Assembly (NCBI GenBank): GCA_977020255.1
Contig: CDROCS010005463.1
Coordinates: 1 to 64,000 of the forward strand
Origin: Obrimoposthia wandeli
Taxonomy: Eukaryota
Reading direction: 5' to 3'
DNA: 64,000 bases
How positions within the stretch are numbered: the first letter of the stretch is position 1; every line of letters starts with the position of its first letter. A model generated the notes under the pieces. It had not been told where the DNA came from. It did no database searches and was given only the letters and a program-made list of their open reading frames with translations. The translations under genes and the position numbers were made by a program. Shown in pieces: positions 8,554 to 17,576 of the stretch.

Positions 8554-10041
8554 ATGGCTAACTCAACTAACAACTCATCAGCATCTAATGCAAAAGTGCC
8601 TATGGTAAGGACCCAGTTAGATTGGGGTATCGGCATTTTCGTCATGGTTAATATAATTTTTACCTGTTACTTACTTTTTTTTGCTGGTACTTCTTGGGTG
8701 GTTATTCTCTATCCGCTGTTAAGTCTTGCGATGGGTGTGTATGCCGTTGTTATCGGTCGTAAGGCTTTATTGGTCTTATCAAAAATGACGGATGTTTTAG
8801 CTGCAACCGCTAAAGGGAATTTATATGCGCGTATTACCCATACTAAAGGCATGGGTGAATTAGGCTTAACTGCGTGGGAGCTAAACGATTTTTTAGATCA
8901 CGTAGAGACTTTCTTTAAAGAGGTTGGGACGTGTTTTAAAAGAGTCAGTGAAGGGGACCATAGTAGGCGTGCTCAACACAAGGGTTTACATGGTCAATTC
9001 AAAACGTCCTTAATGATGATAAACGAAGCGCTGGAGTCGATGAGCCAAAATGAAGCGCTATTATCTAAAAACGCATTGGCTTCGGGATTGCACGAGCTAA
9101 ATACCAAAAACCTAATTAAGAACCTTAAACAAAACCAAAATGATTTATTAGCCATCAATGATGATTTAGAGCAAGTTAGTGGTATAACGCAAACGAGCTC
9201 AGAAAGTGCAGTAAAAAGCCAAGACACAGTGAATACGATCAGCGATGGTTTGAGCTCAGTAACGGCCAACAGTGAAAATGTACTATTAGTAGTGAATGGA
9301 TTAAGTGAAGACAGTGCGAAAGTAACAGAAGTATTGAGCTTGATTACCGGTATAGCTGAACAAACTAATTTGTTGGCATTAAATGCCGCGATTGAAGCGG
9401 CTAGAGCAGGAGAGCAAGGTCGTGGCTTTGCGGTAGTTGCCGATGAAGTACGTAACTTAGCAAATAGAACCAGAGAGGCGGCTGAAGATGTTTCTGTCAT
9501 TTTAGGGCGCTTTGGTGAGCAAGTCGAAAAAATGACTCAAGAAGCGCAATCATCTTGCGAGTTTACAACCAAGATGAATGTATTAGTGGAAGAGTTTAGA
9601 GATCAGTTTCAAGAGCAAGCAGGTTCAGCTGCGCGCTCATTTAGTCTGGTTACTCAAGCTCAGCACAAAGCGTTTGGGTCATTAACCAAAGTAGATCACG
9701 TTATTTTTAAACAAAATGGCTATATTGCACTGGGTACTCAAGCAAAGGGTCCAGAGTTTGAAGCAGTGCAAGTAAATGAAACCCAATGTAGGCTCGGAGT
9801 GTGGTTGCACGAAGGGGAAGGGAAAGAGAGTTTCTCTCAGACAAACGGTTATAAGCAGCTACAAGAACCCCATAAAGCTGTGCATTATCATGTGCAACAA
9901 GCGTTACATTTGGCTGAGGGTGAGTGGCAAAAAAATGTAAGCTTAAGAGAGGAAATAATCGAGCAAATGAACCAGTCAGAGTTAGCTAGCAATGAAGTAT
10001 TACAATTTATTGATCAAATGATTGATGAAAAGCGAAACTAA
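8554..10041 (+). CDS. Methyl-accepting chemotaxis protein with C-terminal CZB domain
   Basis: Two N-terminal TMs; [34 protein letters not shown]; DHVIFK, CRLGVW, HKAVH CZB ligands. Confidence 0.9.
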   Translation: MANSTNNSSASNAKVPMVRTQLDWGIGIFVMVNIIFTCYLLFFAGTSWVVILYPLLSLAMGVYAVVIGRKALLVLSKMTDVLAATAKGNLYARITHTKGMGELGLTAWELNDFLDHVETFFKEVGTCFKRVSEGDHSRRAQHKGLHGQFKTSLMMINEALESMSQNEALLSKNALASGLHELNTKNLIKNLKQNQNDLLAINDDLEQVSGITQTSSESAVKSQDTVNTISDGLSSVTANSENVLLVVNGLSEDSAKVTEVLSLITGIAEQTNLLALNAAIEAARAGEQGRGFAVVADEVRNLANRTREAAEDVSVILGRFGEQVEKMTQEAQSSCEFTTKMNVLVEEFRDQFQEQAGSAARSFSLVTQAQHKAFGSLTKVDHVIFKQNGYIALGTQAKGPEFEAVQVNETQCRLGVWLHEGEGKESFSQTNGYKQLQEPHKAVHYHVQQALHLAEGEWQKNVSLREEIIEQMNQSELASNEVLQFIDQMIDEKRN

Positions 10042-10075
10042 ATCAGGTTGACTGGGTTGGGGCTGTGAAAACAAG

Positions 10076-10099
10076 CAAAGCCTTTTGAAAAAGGCTTTG
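10076..10099. terminator. Hairpin between convergent MCP and NUDIX genes
   Basis: CAAAGCCTTTT-GA-AAAAGGCTTTG. Confidence 0.6.
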
Positions 10100-10135
10100 T
10101 AGGATGTTCTTGGTTGTGGGTAGTTGTTTAAAGAG

Positions 10136-10660
10136 TTAAGAAATTAAGGAGTTTTCCTGTGCTATTAGTTGTAGCAAATATGTTTCACGCAAGATTGATA
10201 GCCCTTGCTGATCACAATTGGCTAGCGTGTTTAAATTGTGCTCAATCGCTTGGTTGATGTTAACCCAGTGTGCCGACATGCCGTTTTTAATTTCATATGC
10301 TTCTAGTTTTGGGGCCAATAATTGGCTATCTATTTGGCAGTAATAGCAATATGAGATCATGTGTATGATATCAAAATTGTCTTTCCCCCAAGGTCTTAAC
10401 TCTTCAAAACGACCGTACTCTTCTATGTGACGAACATTTTGTGCGCCAGTCTCTTCTGTTAATTCTCGTTTTAAACCTTCGATATTGTCTTCAGAATCAT
10501 CAATACCTCCGCCTGGTAGGCTATAGTCTTGATAACGCTGTGTATAAACTAGCAGTATTTTGTCGCCATTTAAAACGATGCCGCGGGCAGCTTTGCGTAT
10601 GAAAGTTGCTTTAGTTAAATCTTTTATATCAGGGTGTACTGTTGACTTTATCAGTCTCAT
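10136..10660 (-). CDS. NUDIX hydrolase
   Basis: Nudix box PGGGIDDSEDNIEGLKRELTEETG. Confidence 0.9.
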   Translation of the reverse strand: MRLIKSTVHPDIKDLTKATFIRKAARGIVLNGDKILLVYTQRYQDYSLPGGGIDDSEDNIEGLKRELTEETGAQNVRHIEEYGRFEELRPWGKDNFDIIHMISYCYYCQIDSQLLAPKLEAYEIKNGMSAHWVNINQAIEHNLNTLANCDQQGLSILRETYLLQLIAQENSLIS

Positions 10661-10783
10661 TATTTTTCTCTGTGTTAAAGGGCGACGTAAGAGTCTGAGC
10701 TAGCTTGGATAAATACTCATTATCCATGTAACTTCGGCTGAGTTACTCTAAGAGGCTCTGTGCTGATGCTATTATATTGCATC

Positions 10784-10843
10784 AATGGGCTTCTCGAGCC
10801 ATTGGACCTGCCTCGCTACGGCCCCGTTTCTGGACGAGCACTA
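10784..10843 (-). repeat. Interspersed ~60-bp element, copy A (homologous to 56997-57057)
   Basis: Exact 17-mer CGTCCAGAAACGGGGCC shared, plus CAATGG(C/T)TCGAGA. Confidence 0.85.
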
Positions 10844-10852
10844 GGTAGTACA

Positions 10853-10880
10853 TTGACATATGTTTTAAACAGTATAATAT
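10853..10880 (+). promoter_or_regulatory. Consensus sigma70 promoter of the persulfide dioxygenase gene
   Basis: TTGACA-16 bp-TATAAT. Confidence 0.8.
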
Positions 10881-10935
10881 ATCTATATTCCAAATTGTTG
10901 TATTCTTATTATTTTTTGTTATAAGGAGTTTTTAA

Positions 10936-11805
10936 GTGATGCAACCTATCATAAAATCATTTTTTGATGAAGCTACGTTCACGTTTAGTTATGTTGTCCA
11001 AGACCCATCATCCAAACACTGCGCTATTATAGACAGTGTACTTGATTTTAATTACGCCTCCGGAACGACCTCTTATACCAGTGCGAATAAAATATTGGAA
11101 TTTATAAATGCGCAAGGATTAATTGTTAAGTGGATTCTAGAAACCCATGTTCATGCTGATCATTTATCTGCCGCTCCGTATTTGCAGCAAAAAACCGGTG
11201 GGCGAATTGGCATTGGCGCAGATGTTAAAGTGGTTCAAGAGACTTTTAGCAAAGCGTTTAACGCTGAGCATGAAATGCGCTGTGAGGGAGAACAATTTGG
11301 TAAGCTATTTAGTGATAATGAGAGTATAGAATTAGGGGCTTTAGTCGGTGTTGCTATGCATACACCAGGGCACACTCCCGCTTGTATGACCTATGTTTTT
11401 GGTGATGCAGCTTTTGTAGGTGATACGTTGTTCATGCCAGATTTTGGCACGGCCCGCTGTGATTTTCCAGGTGGAGATGCCGCTCTTTTATATCGATCAA
11501 TCAAAAAAATATTTACCTTACCTGATGATACTCGGTTGTTCATGTGCCATGACTATAAGGCACCCGGGCGTGATGTTTACGCTTGTGAAACGACAGTGGC
11601 AGCAGAGTCTGTGGATAATATTCATGTAGGTAAAGGAATTACTGAAGCGGCATTTGTGAAAATGCGTTCCCAAAGAGACAGTACTTTAAATATGCCTCAG
11701 CTTATCTTGCCAGCGGTGCAAGTAAACATAAGAGCCGGGCACTTACCTGCGGCAGAAGAAAATGGGCAGGTATATTTAAAGGTGCCAGTGAATTTTTTCA
11801 ATTAA
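10936..11805 (+). CDS. pdo: Persulfide dioxygenase (ETHE1/Blh-like metallo-beta-lactamase fold)
   Basis: ETHVHADHLS, PGHT, GDTLFMPDFGTARCDFPGG, CHDY; adjacent to SQR. Confidence 0.88.
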   Translation: MMQPIIKSFFDEATFTFSYVVQDPSSKHCAIIDSVLDFNYASGTTSYTSANKILEFINAQGLIVKWILETHVHADHLSAAPYLQQKTGGRIGIGADVKVVQETFSKAFNAEHEMRCEGEQFGKLFSDNESIELGALVGVAMHTPGHTPACMTYVFGDAAFVGDTLFMPDFGTARCDFPGGDAALLYRSIKKIFTLPDDTRLFMCHDYKAPGRDVYACETTVAAESVDNIHVGKGITEAAFVKMRSQRDSTLNMPQLILPAVQVNIRAGHLPAAEENGQVYLKVPVNFFN

Positions 11806-11919
11806 ATTTGTAACGTTGAATTAGGTGAAAGTTAAGTAATTTTCAAGAATCTCGCTGCACGTGATGGAGAAAAGCTTGATTGGAACAGTTTATAAGTCTA
11901 TCCGTCACTCGTTTTATAC

Positions 11920-11939
11920 GCACTGGTCAGTGCTTTTTT
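11920..11939 (+). terminator. Possible intrinsic terminator between pdo and DUF442-sqr
   Basis: GCACT-GGTC-AGTGC followed by TTTTTT. Confidence 0.45.
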
Positions 11940-12047
11940 GGCGATCGCAGAAAAATTGTGTACAGTGGTGCCTAGTTTTCAATGAAAGAAAGCCAAAAGC
12001 TACTGCGTAGTAACTAAGAAAAATTAAAATAAATAGAGAGGTGTCCA

Positions 12048-12485
12048 ATGGAGTTACGTCAACTTACCACTGACCTTAGTGTAAGCGAGCAATTAAATGT
12101 TGAAGATATCGAAGCGGTGGTAGCCTCAGGTATCAAAACAGTAATATGTAATAGACCAGATAACGAAGGTGAGGGGCAGCCTGATAGCGAAGCTATCCGT
12201 GAAGCATGCGAGGCGCAAGGTTTAAACTGGCATTATATGCCTGTTAATCCAAAGGCGTTTACAGATGAGCAAGGGACACAATTTGGCGAATTATTAAATA
12301 CGGTTGAAGGTCCAACGTTAGCTTTTTGCCGTACGGGCACACGTTGTACAAACCTGTGGGCGCTAAGTCAGGCAGGAGATGCACCATTAGATGAAATTTT
12401 ATTAACAGCTAAAAATGCAGGTTACGATATCAGTGGTTTGAGTGAGCGAGTCACTGATTTGGCTCAAGCTAAAAAAAAACGCTAA
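12048..12485 (+). CDS. DUF442/TIGR01244 sulfurtransferase (phosphatase-like) domain; N-terminal half of a DUF442-SQR fusion
   Basis: VICNRPDNE, LAFCRTGTRC; ends immediately after an A9 run. Confidence 0.88.
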   Translation: MELRQLTTDLSVSEQLNVEDIEAVVASGIKTVICNRPDNEGEGQPDSEAIREACEAQGLNWHYMPVNPKAFTDEQGTQFGELLNTVEGPTLAFCRTGTRCTNLWALSQAGDAPLDEILLTAKNAGYDISGLSERVTDLAQAKKKR

Positions 12486-13756
12486 GCTCAAATCAAAGCC
12501 TTCAAAATCAAGACGTAATAGCCAGTCATGAGATTGTTATCATTGGTGGCGGAGCGGCTGGACTGGCAAGCGCTGCTAGCTTATTAAAGCGCCAGCCAAA
12601 TTTAGATATAGCCATTATAGAGCCGAGTACAAAGCACTACTATCAACCGGGCTGGACTATGGTTGGTGGTGGTATTTTTGAGCAGGGCGAAACAGTACGA
12701 GAGATGATTGATGTGATGCCAGATAAAGCGAAATGGTATCAGGCATCGGTTGCCTCTTTTTGCGCAGATCAAAATACAGTGGTGTTAGAGAGCGCAGAGC
12801 GAATTAGCTACCAATATTTAATAGTCGCCCCGGGGTTGCAGATAAACTGGGGAGCGATTGAAGGTCTAGAAGAAACCTTAGGCAAAAACGGTGTTACTTC
12901 AAACTATCGGCATGACTTGGCGCCATATACATGGAGCCTAGTTAAGAATACTAAAAAGGGTAAAGCGTTGTTTACCCAGCCGCCAATGCCTATAAAGTGT
13001 GCAGGCGCTCCCCAAAAAGCGATGTATTTAGCGTGTTCACATTGGCTAAATCAGGCGAATTTAAAAGATATAGATGTTGAGTTTTGTAATGCTGGGCCTG
13101 TGTTATTTGGTGTTGCTGATTATGTGCCTGCCTTGATGGAGTATGTGAATAAATACGCAATCGATCTGAGCTTTTCACACAATTTGGTGAAGGTGGATGG
13201 CAAAAATAAAATAGCTACTTTTGCAACCAGCGATAAAGACGGTAATAGCCGTTTAATTGAAAAGTCTTTTGATATGTTACATGTTTGCCCTGTGCAGTGT
13301 CCTCCAGCTTTTATTAGTTCAAGTTCTTTAGCGGATAGTGCTGGGTGGCTTGATGTAGATCCTCAAACTTTACGTCACAAAAAATACCCTAACATCTTTG
13401 GTATAGGAGATGTAAATAATTCTGCTAATGCCAAAACAGCGGCTGCTGTTAGAAAACAGGCGCCAGTTGTTGCCCAAAACCTACTATGTGCAATGCACTC
13501 CCAAGTATTTGATGCCTTTTATGATGGATACGGATCGTGCCCATTAACCGTTGAGCGCGGCAAAATTGTGCTGGCAGAGTTTGGTTACGGTGGAAAAATT
13601 CTACCTACTTTTCCGCTTTGGTTAATACAGGGGATGCGCCCTGCAAAACTATCTTGGTTGCTCAAGGAGAAAGTTTTACCTTGGGTATATTGGAATGCAA
13701 TGTTGAAAGGAAAAGAGTGGTTGGCTGCCCCTCATAAACGTGATGAAAGTAGATAA
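12473..13756 (+). CDS. sqr: Sulfide:quinone oxidoreductase (type II) domain; frame is open from the A9 run with no own start codon before the FAD motif
   Basis: Manual extension gives HEIVIIGGGAAG...HYYQPGWTMVGGG; PIKCAGAPQK; GYGSCPL. Confidence 0.9.
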   Translation, partial: KKTLSSNQSLQNQDVIASHEIVIIGGGAAGLASAASLLKRQPNLDIAIIEPSTKHYYQPGWTMVGGGIFEQGETVREMIDVMPDKAKWYQASVASFCADQNTVVLESAERISYQYLIVAPGLQINWGAIEGLEETLGKNGVTSNYRHDLAPYTWSLVKNTKKGKALFTQPPMPIKCAGAPQKAMYLACSHWLNQANLKDIDVEFCNAGPVLFGVADYVPALMEYVNKYAIDLSFSHNLVKVDGKNKIATFATSDKDGNSRLIEKSFDMLHVCPVQCPPAFISSSSLADSAGWLDVDPQTLRHKKYPNIFGIGDVNNSANAKTAAAVRKQAPVVAQNLLCAMHSQVFDAFYDGYGSCPLTVERGKIVLAEFGYGGKILPTFPLWLIQGMRPAKLSWLLKEKVLPWVYWNAMLKGKEWLAAPHKRDESR

Positions 13757-13810
13757 ACTAATAAAAGTGATTTTTTATGAGCTCAAATTTGTTAATAACA
13801 CTAAGTAAGG

Positions 13811-15523
13811 GTGGTCATGCTTAAGCGTTATTTACCGATACTAGACTGGGGGAAGAGTTACAATTGTACAATAATGGCTGATGATTTAGTTGCGGCTGTT
13901 ATCGTTACAATCATGTTGATTCCACAGTCTCTTGCTTATGCATTGCTTGCCGGGCTGCCTGCGCAAGTTGGGCTCTATGCGAGTATTTTCCCGCTTCTTG
14001 CCTATGCTATCTTTGGTTCAAGCCGGGCATTATCAGTAGGGCCTGTTGCGGTCGTATCATTAATGACAGCCGCCGCTTTAGGTAGTTTGCCGCTAGCAAG
14101 TAGTGAGGAGTACATTGCAGCGGCTGTCGCTTTAGCGTTTATCTCTGGGTTAATACTGATTTTAATGGGTGTGTTTCGCTTAGGTTTGCTGGCAAACTTG
14201 TTGAGCCATCCGGTGATTTCTGGCTTCATCACGGCAGCAGGCTTACTTATTGCAATGAGTCAGTTAAAGCATTTGCTAGGCATTACGGCTAGCGGGCATA
14301 ACTTGATAGAGATGCTGTATTCACTGAGTCTGCACTTAGATAAAATTAATTACCTAACCTTGTTAATAGGCGTTGGCTGTTGTGTTTTTTTGTTTTGGGT
14401 AAAAACTGGATTACCCAATGTTTTGCAAAGAGTGGGTATTCATTCGCATCTAGCCAGTGTTTTACTAAAAACTGGGCCAGTAGTTGCAGTAGTGGTGAGT
14501 ATTTTAGCGACCTGGTTTTTTGGTTTGAGTGATTTGGGCGTTGCGGTGGTTGGCTATATTCCTCAAGGCATACCTTCCATCGCTTTGCCTGCGTTTGATT
14601 TACAGCTATGGCAGCAGTTATTAAGCTCTGCTGTACTCATTAGTATTGTCGGCTTCGTTGAGTCTGTATCAGTAGCGCAAACGCTGGCGGCTAAGCGTCG
14701 TCAACGTATAGTGCCTGATCAAGAACTGATTGGCTTAGGGGCTTCAAATATTGCCTCATCTGTCGCCGGTGGGTTTCCTGTAACGGGAGGGTTTTCACGC
14801 TCTATTGTCAATTTTGATGCAGGAGCTAAAACACCCGCAGCAGGCGCATACACGGCATTAGGTATCACACTAGTGGCTCTTTTTTTAACCCCTCTCATTT
14901 ATTTTTTACCCAAGGCAACATTGGCTGCTACTATTATTGTTGCTGTTCTTTCTTTGGTTGATTTTAGTGCGCTAAAGCGTACTTGGTTATATTCACGTAG
15001 TGATTTTTTTGCAATGTTAATAACCATTGTATTAACACTCTCTCATGGCGTTGAATTAGGCATTTTGTTGGGGGTCAGTTTGTCGATATTGCTGCATTTA
15101 TACCGTACCAGTAAGCCGCATGTCGCCGAGGTTGGTTTAGTTGCACAATCTGAGCATTTTCGTAATGTGCAGCGTCATACAGTAACAACCGATGAGAGCA
15201 TACTAACCCTTCGTGTCGATGAAAGTTTGTACTTTGCCAATGCGCGTTATCTAGAAGATACTGTGTACGATTTAATCGCAAAGCACGAAAAAATAAAACA
15301 TTTTGTTTTAATGTGTCCTGCCGTTAATTTTATTGATGCCTCCGCTCTTGAAAGCTTAGAAGCCATTAACGCTCTTTTAAAAGACAGTCATGTGGCTTTT
15401 CATTTATCAGAAGTTAAAGGGCCAGTAATGGATAGGCTACAGCGTAGTCATTTTATTGAAGAGATGACAGGGCAAGTATTTTTGAGCCAGTTCGCTGCTT
15501 GGGAGTATTTAAGATCGCTATAA
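13811..15523 (+). CDS. SulP family inorganic anion transporter with STAS domain
   Basis: PQSLAYALLAGLP, GGFSRSIVN, C-terminal RVDESLYFANA STAS. Confidence 0.92.
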   Translation: MVMLKRYLPILDWGKSYNCTIMADDLVAAVIVTIMLIPQSLAYALLAGLPAQVGLYASIFPLLAYAIFGSSRALSVGPVAVVSLMTAAALGSLPLASSEEYIAAAVALAFISGLILILMGVFRLGLLANLLSHPVISGFITAAGLLIAMSQLKHLLGITASGHNLIEMLYSLSLHLDKINYLTLLIGVGCCVFLFWVKTGLPNVLQRVGIHSHLASVLLKTGPVVAVVVSILATWFFGLSDLGVAVVGYIPQGIPSIALPAFDLQLWQQLLSSAVLISIVGFVESVSVAQTLAAKRRQRIVPDQELIGLGASNIASSVAGGFPVTGGFSRSIVNFDAGAKTPAAGAYTALGITLVALFLTPLIYFLPKATLAATIIVAVLSLVDFSALKRTWLYSRSDFFAMLITIVLTLSHGVELGILLGVSLSILLHLYRTSKPHVAEVGLVAQSEHFRNVQRHTVTTDESILTLRVDESLYFANARYLEDTVYDLIAKHEKIKHFVLMCPAVNFIDASALESLEAINALLKDSHVAFHLSEVKGPVMDRLQRSHFIEEMTGQVFLSQFAAWEYLRSL

Positions 15524-15617
15524 ATCAGATCATATAATCAAAGAGCTCAAGGCAATACTCAATATAGCGAAGCTAGATTTCTTTTTCATAAACGTTGATA
15601 GCCTTACTTTTAAGTAT

Positions 15618-16085
15618 TTAGCATCGCTGCGCTTTCGCGATAAAGCAGCCTTGTTTAGCGTAGTGTAAATGCAAATATTCAATTGAAGGGTCATTTAGCA
15701 TCTCACTGATTTTTTGAGCAACTTGTATGCCTTGTGCTAAATCTGCTTTTAGCATCATATGTTGACTATCAAAAGCACGTAAGGAGACGCAGCGAGAATG
15801 TATTGTCTTGGGTACTACGTTAATGTCTGGGTGCGCTTGAGTGACACCTTGCCTGACATAAATTGCATGGCTAGATTGAAAAGGCGTCTCTTCGCTCTGG
15901 TGTTGATAGTTTAGTAATAATACCGTTTCACCGATATTTGCATCTTCAAGGCTAACTCTACATGGAGTGCTACCAGCTTCAGTGACTTTAACTTTAATTA
16001 TTTTTTTGTGCGCTAAGTCATCCTCGCTCAAAGAGAAAAGAGTAGTAAAAGGCGTTTGTTTCAGTGCTGAAATTTGAAAGTTCAT
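15618..16085 (-). CDS. DUF1203 family protein
   Basis: PCRVSLEDANIGE, LHLHYAKQGCF. Confidence 0.8.
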   Translation of the reverse strand: MNFQISALKQTPFTTLFSLSEDDLAHKKIIKVKVTEAGSTPCRVSLEDANIGETVLLLNYQHQSEETPFQSSHAIYVRQGVTQAHPDINVVPKTIHSRCVSLRAFDSQHMMLKADLAQGIQVAQKISEMLNDPSIEYLHLHYAKQGCFIAKAQRC

Positions 16086-16251
16086 TATAAGTACCCATAG
16101 TCTGTTAGATCAAGCATCCAGCATATGCGGTATTAGTGAGAGTAAAAACCCGATTCTTGCTCAATATAATTAAAATAAAAGGTATGTATATAACAGTGTG
16201 TTTCGGGCTTTTTAGACTAATGTGTTGCCTCGCTCGCTCACCTTGATGAGG

Positions 16252-16683
16252 TTAGATTGACTCTTTCTGGGTTGTGGGAGGTACTAGTATTTTAGGTTTC
16301 GGTATAGGTTTATTTGATAGTTGGAACACGCAATAATCCCCACCAAATAAAAAATTATTATATTTGTGCAGTAATAAATAAGCATCTGCTCCTTGTACTT
16401 TGAATTTAATAATATCCCCTTGTTTCATTGAGGTGGTTGGGATGAGTATTTTATTCTGGGACTTAAGGCTAACTAAAACTTGGCTAGCAGTAATATCACC
16501 TATATGTAAGTAAGTGTCTTGCGAGAGAGCATCTATTTTTGCGTAGCTTCGCTGCTTTATAGTGTACTGAGTAACAACGGCTTCTTTAGCAATGGTTGTG
16601 TGAATTAAAGAAAGAGATAAAAACAGTGTCATTGCTTTTAAAAGAAGGTGAAGATTAGTTTTCCCTGTGTTCATTATTTGCAT
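16252..16683 (-). CDS. Hypothetical secreted protein
   Basis: AAGGA RBS near 16683; hydrophobic signal-like N-terminus; Pro/Lys-rich tail; no family recognised. Confidence 0.55.
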   Translation of the reverse strand: MQIMNTGKTNLHLLLKAMTLFLSLSLIHTTIAKEAVVTQYTIKQRSYAKIDALSQDTYLHIGDITASQVLVSLKSQNKILIPTTSMKQGDIIKFKVQGADAYLLLHKYNNFLFGGDYCVFQLSNKPIPKPKILVPPTTQKESI

Positions 16684-16976
16684 TCCTTTAGGATGATCCG
16701 TATCAAGCGTTGATAGGACTCTTTTAGCAAATAATTGGTCAATATGTCCATAACTGAATGTTTTTAACACAGTATTATCAAGTACTGTCGTTATACTGTG
16801 ACTTTTCAGAGAGGTAAGGTGTTTTTAGGCGCGTATTAATTGAGTTTTGGTATATCATCAGGCAGGTTTGTATTGAGAGCCTATACTGATTACTAATTTT
16901 TACATAAAGTATAAATGTGTTCTAAACTCTATTGTTGATAAAGCTTATAAGTGTAATATTTGATTAAGGGAACGTT

Positions 16977-17408
16977 ATGGATAGTCTCGTAGCAGAGAAC
17001 TCAGCAGCAAGGGATAAGCTGAAAAACGAAACAGGTTTACGCAAATTGCTAGAGCGAATGCCAGAGCAAGTTCAAGACAGTTTTAGTGAGGAGCAACTTT
17101 CACATATTAAGATAGCGATAGGTGCTAGAACTTGGGGTAACCATGTAATTGATTTACGTAGCACCGTTAAATTTTTTCGCTATCGCTATTATTATGTTTT
17201 TGTCGCAGGAAGGAACCGACGAGAGCTAAGTATAAGAGAAAGACGAATTGGCTTGTTGATACAAGCTGTTGCTTTAGGACTGTTTTTACTATTCAGTACC
17301 GTTGTGGGAATTTTAGTACTGTATTTGCTTAAGTCGGCCGCTGGTATTGATATTTTTCCGAATTTCTCTTTCGGTGTTTGGGGGTGGTTCAAAGACAATA
17401 TTTTGTAA
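16977..17408 (+). CDS. Small conserved membrane protein of unknown function
   Basis: SFSEEQL...HVIDLRST...YYYVFVAGRNRR, TM, YLLKSAAGIDIFPNFSFGVW. Confidence 0.75.
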   Translation: MDSLVAENSAARDKLKNETGLRKLLERMPEQVQDSFSEEQLSHIKIAIGARTWGNHVIDLRSTVKFFRYRYYYVFVAGRNRRELSIRERRIGLLIQAVALGLFLLFSTVVGILVLYLLKSAAGIDIFPNFSFGVWGWFKDNIL

Positions 17409-17576
17409 TAAAAAGAATGCTAAACCGCCTCAGCCTCCGGTAGGCTGTCATAAAATTAATACACTCAATAATAGTGCACTAAAAGTGGCTTATCTTCACT
17501 GAGTTTTTTCGATAGCCTTTATGTAGTAAAGGGGAGCCTAATCAATAGAGTTTACTGTGGGTGAGGATGGGTCTAG

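Noticed and set aside
16977-17408. AroA (EPSP synthase) label that I recall being attached to this family
   Set aside because: 143 aa with a TM segment and no EPSP synthase motifs
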